A stretch of DNA of 64,000 nt from Pseudovirgaria hyperparasitica (Eukaryota). The stretch lies in assembly GCA_010093815.1 (NCBI GenBank), contig ML996572.1; one strand, given 5' to 3'. The notes below the pieces were generated by a model. The model searched no databases and was not told the origin of the DNA. It was given only the letters and a program-made list of their open reading frames with translations. Numbering within the stretch: the stretch's first letter is position 1; every line of letters starts with the position of its first letter. Below, in pieces: positions 63,522 through 64,000 of the stretch. The translations under genes were made by a program, and so were the position numbers.

Positions 63522-64000
63522 TTATACTTGAACCCTGTGGGTTCTCCTCCATACCTACATGACGGCTAGATCGACGTCAGATACTTCCAAAAATACCTAC
63601 CTTTTTAGCCTCAGGAAGTCGTCGAGACATCACGATTGTGGAACGTTCGCGGTTGCTGGTAACTCAACAGTACTCCTCTCCGAGAGGACCCTGGTTGTGT
63701 TCAGAATGTCAGAACCCTATCGACATCATAATTTGCCTTCAGTAGCCAAACTTGAAAGGCAATAGTCTATGCGAAACGAGGCTGTGGACTCAAAAGCAGC
63801 CAATCGCATCAGTTCCGCTGGATACGATAGAAGCGAAACTCCCGAAATGGAAAGTTCCAATAGCCGCAACCCTGACTTTTCGGCGGTGGAACCCACCGGG
63901 AGTGGCGGAAAAGAAGCGATGCAACACCACAACCCCATCATCGCCAACGCCTCTGCCGCCAGCTCAATACGGGTGTCACCGTGTGTACCCACGCCGCCTC

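Overview
This is a eukaryotic window from a filamentous ascomycete: it has short GT-AG introns with CTRAY branch points, an AT-rich tract with RIP-like composition, and an Alt a 1-family gene, which is compatible with a Dothideomycete (inference). About 18 protein-coding loci can be reconstructed by hand-splicing. The left ~26 kb looks accessory. It holds a SurE phosphatase, a pseudogene, a ~3150-aa DUF3638/DUF3645 SF2/SecA-like ATPase, a GC-rich orphan membrane protein, a CFEM-GPI protein, a pseudokinase fused to a YEATS-like domain, a RIP relic and microsatellites. The right part holds conserved genes: an alpha/beta hydrolase, a Ser/Thr-rich single-pass protein, LrgAB-like, a GH18 chitinase, an ArAE/FUSC-like transporter, a DUF4863 lyase, BBP/SF1, GST, a TBC RabGAP, DUF2985, SEN15 and Alt a 1-like. 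Three observations stand out. (1) A 144-bp micro-inversion bounded by TCCG/CGGA breaks an otherwise intact transporter gene, and flipping it back restores a stop-free reading frame. (2) An intron of the branchpoint-binding protein gene carries six branchpoint motifs and frame-shifting alternative acceptors, suggesting splicing autoregulation. (3) An exon missed by the ORF track completes a pseudokinase-YEATS fusion. No tRNA, rRNA, CRISPR array or intact transposon was recognised. Family assignments come from recalled motifs, not from database searches.
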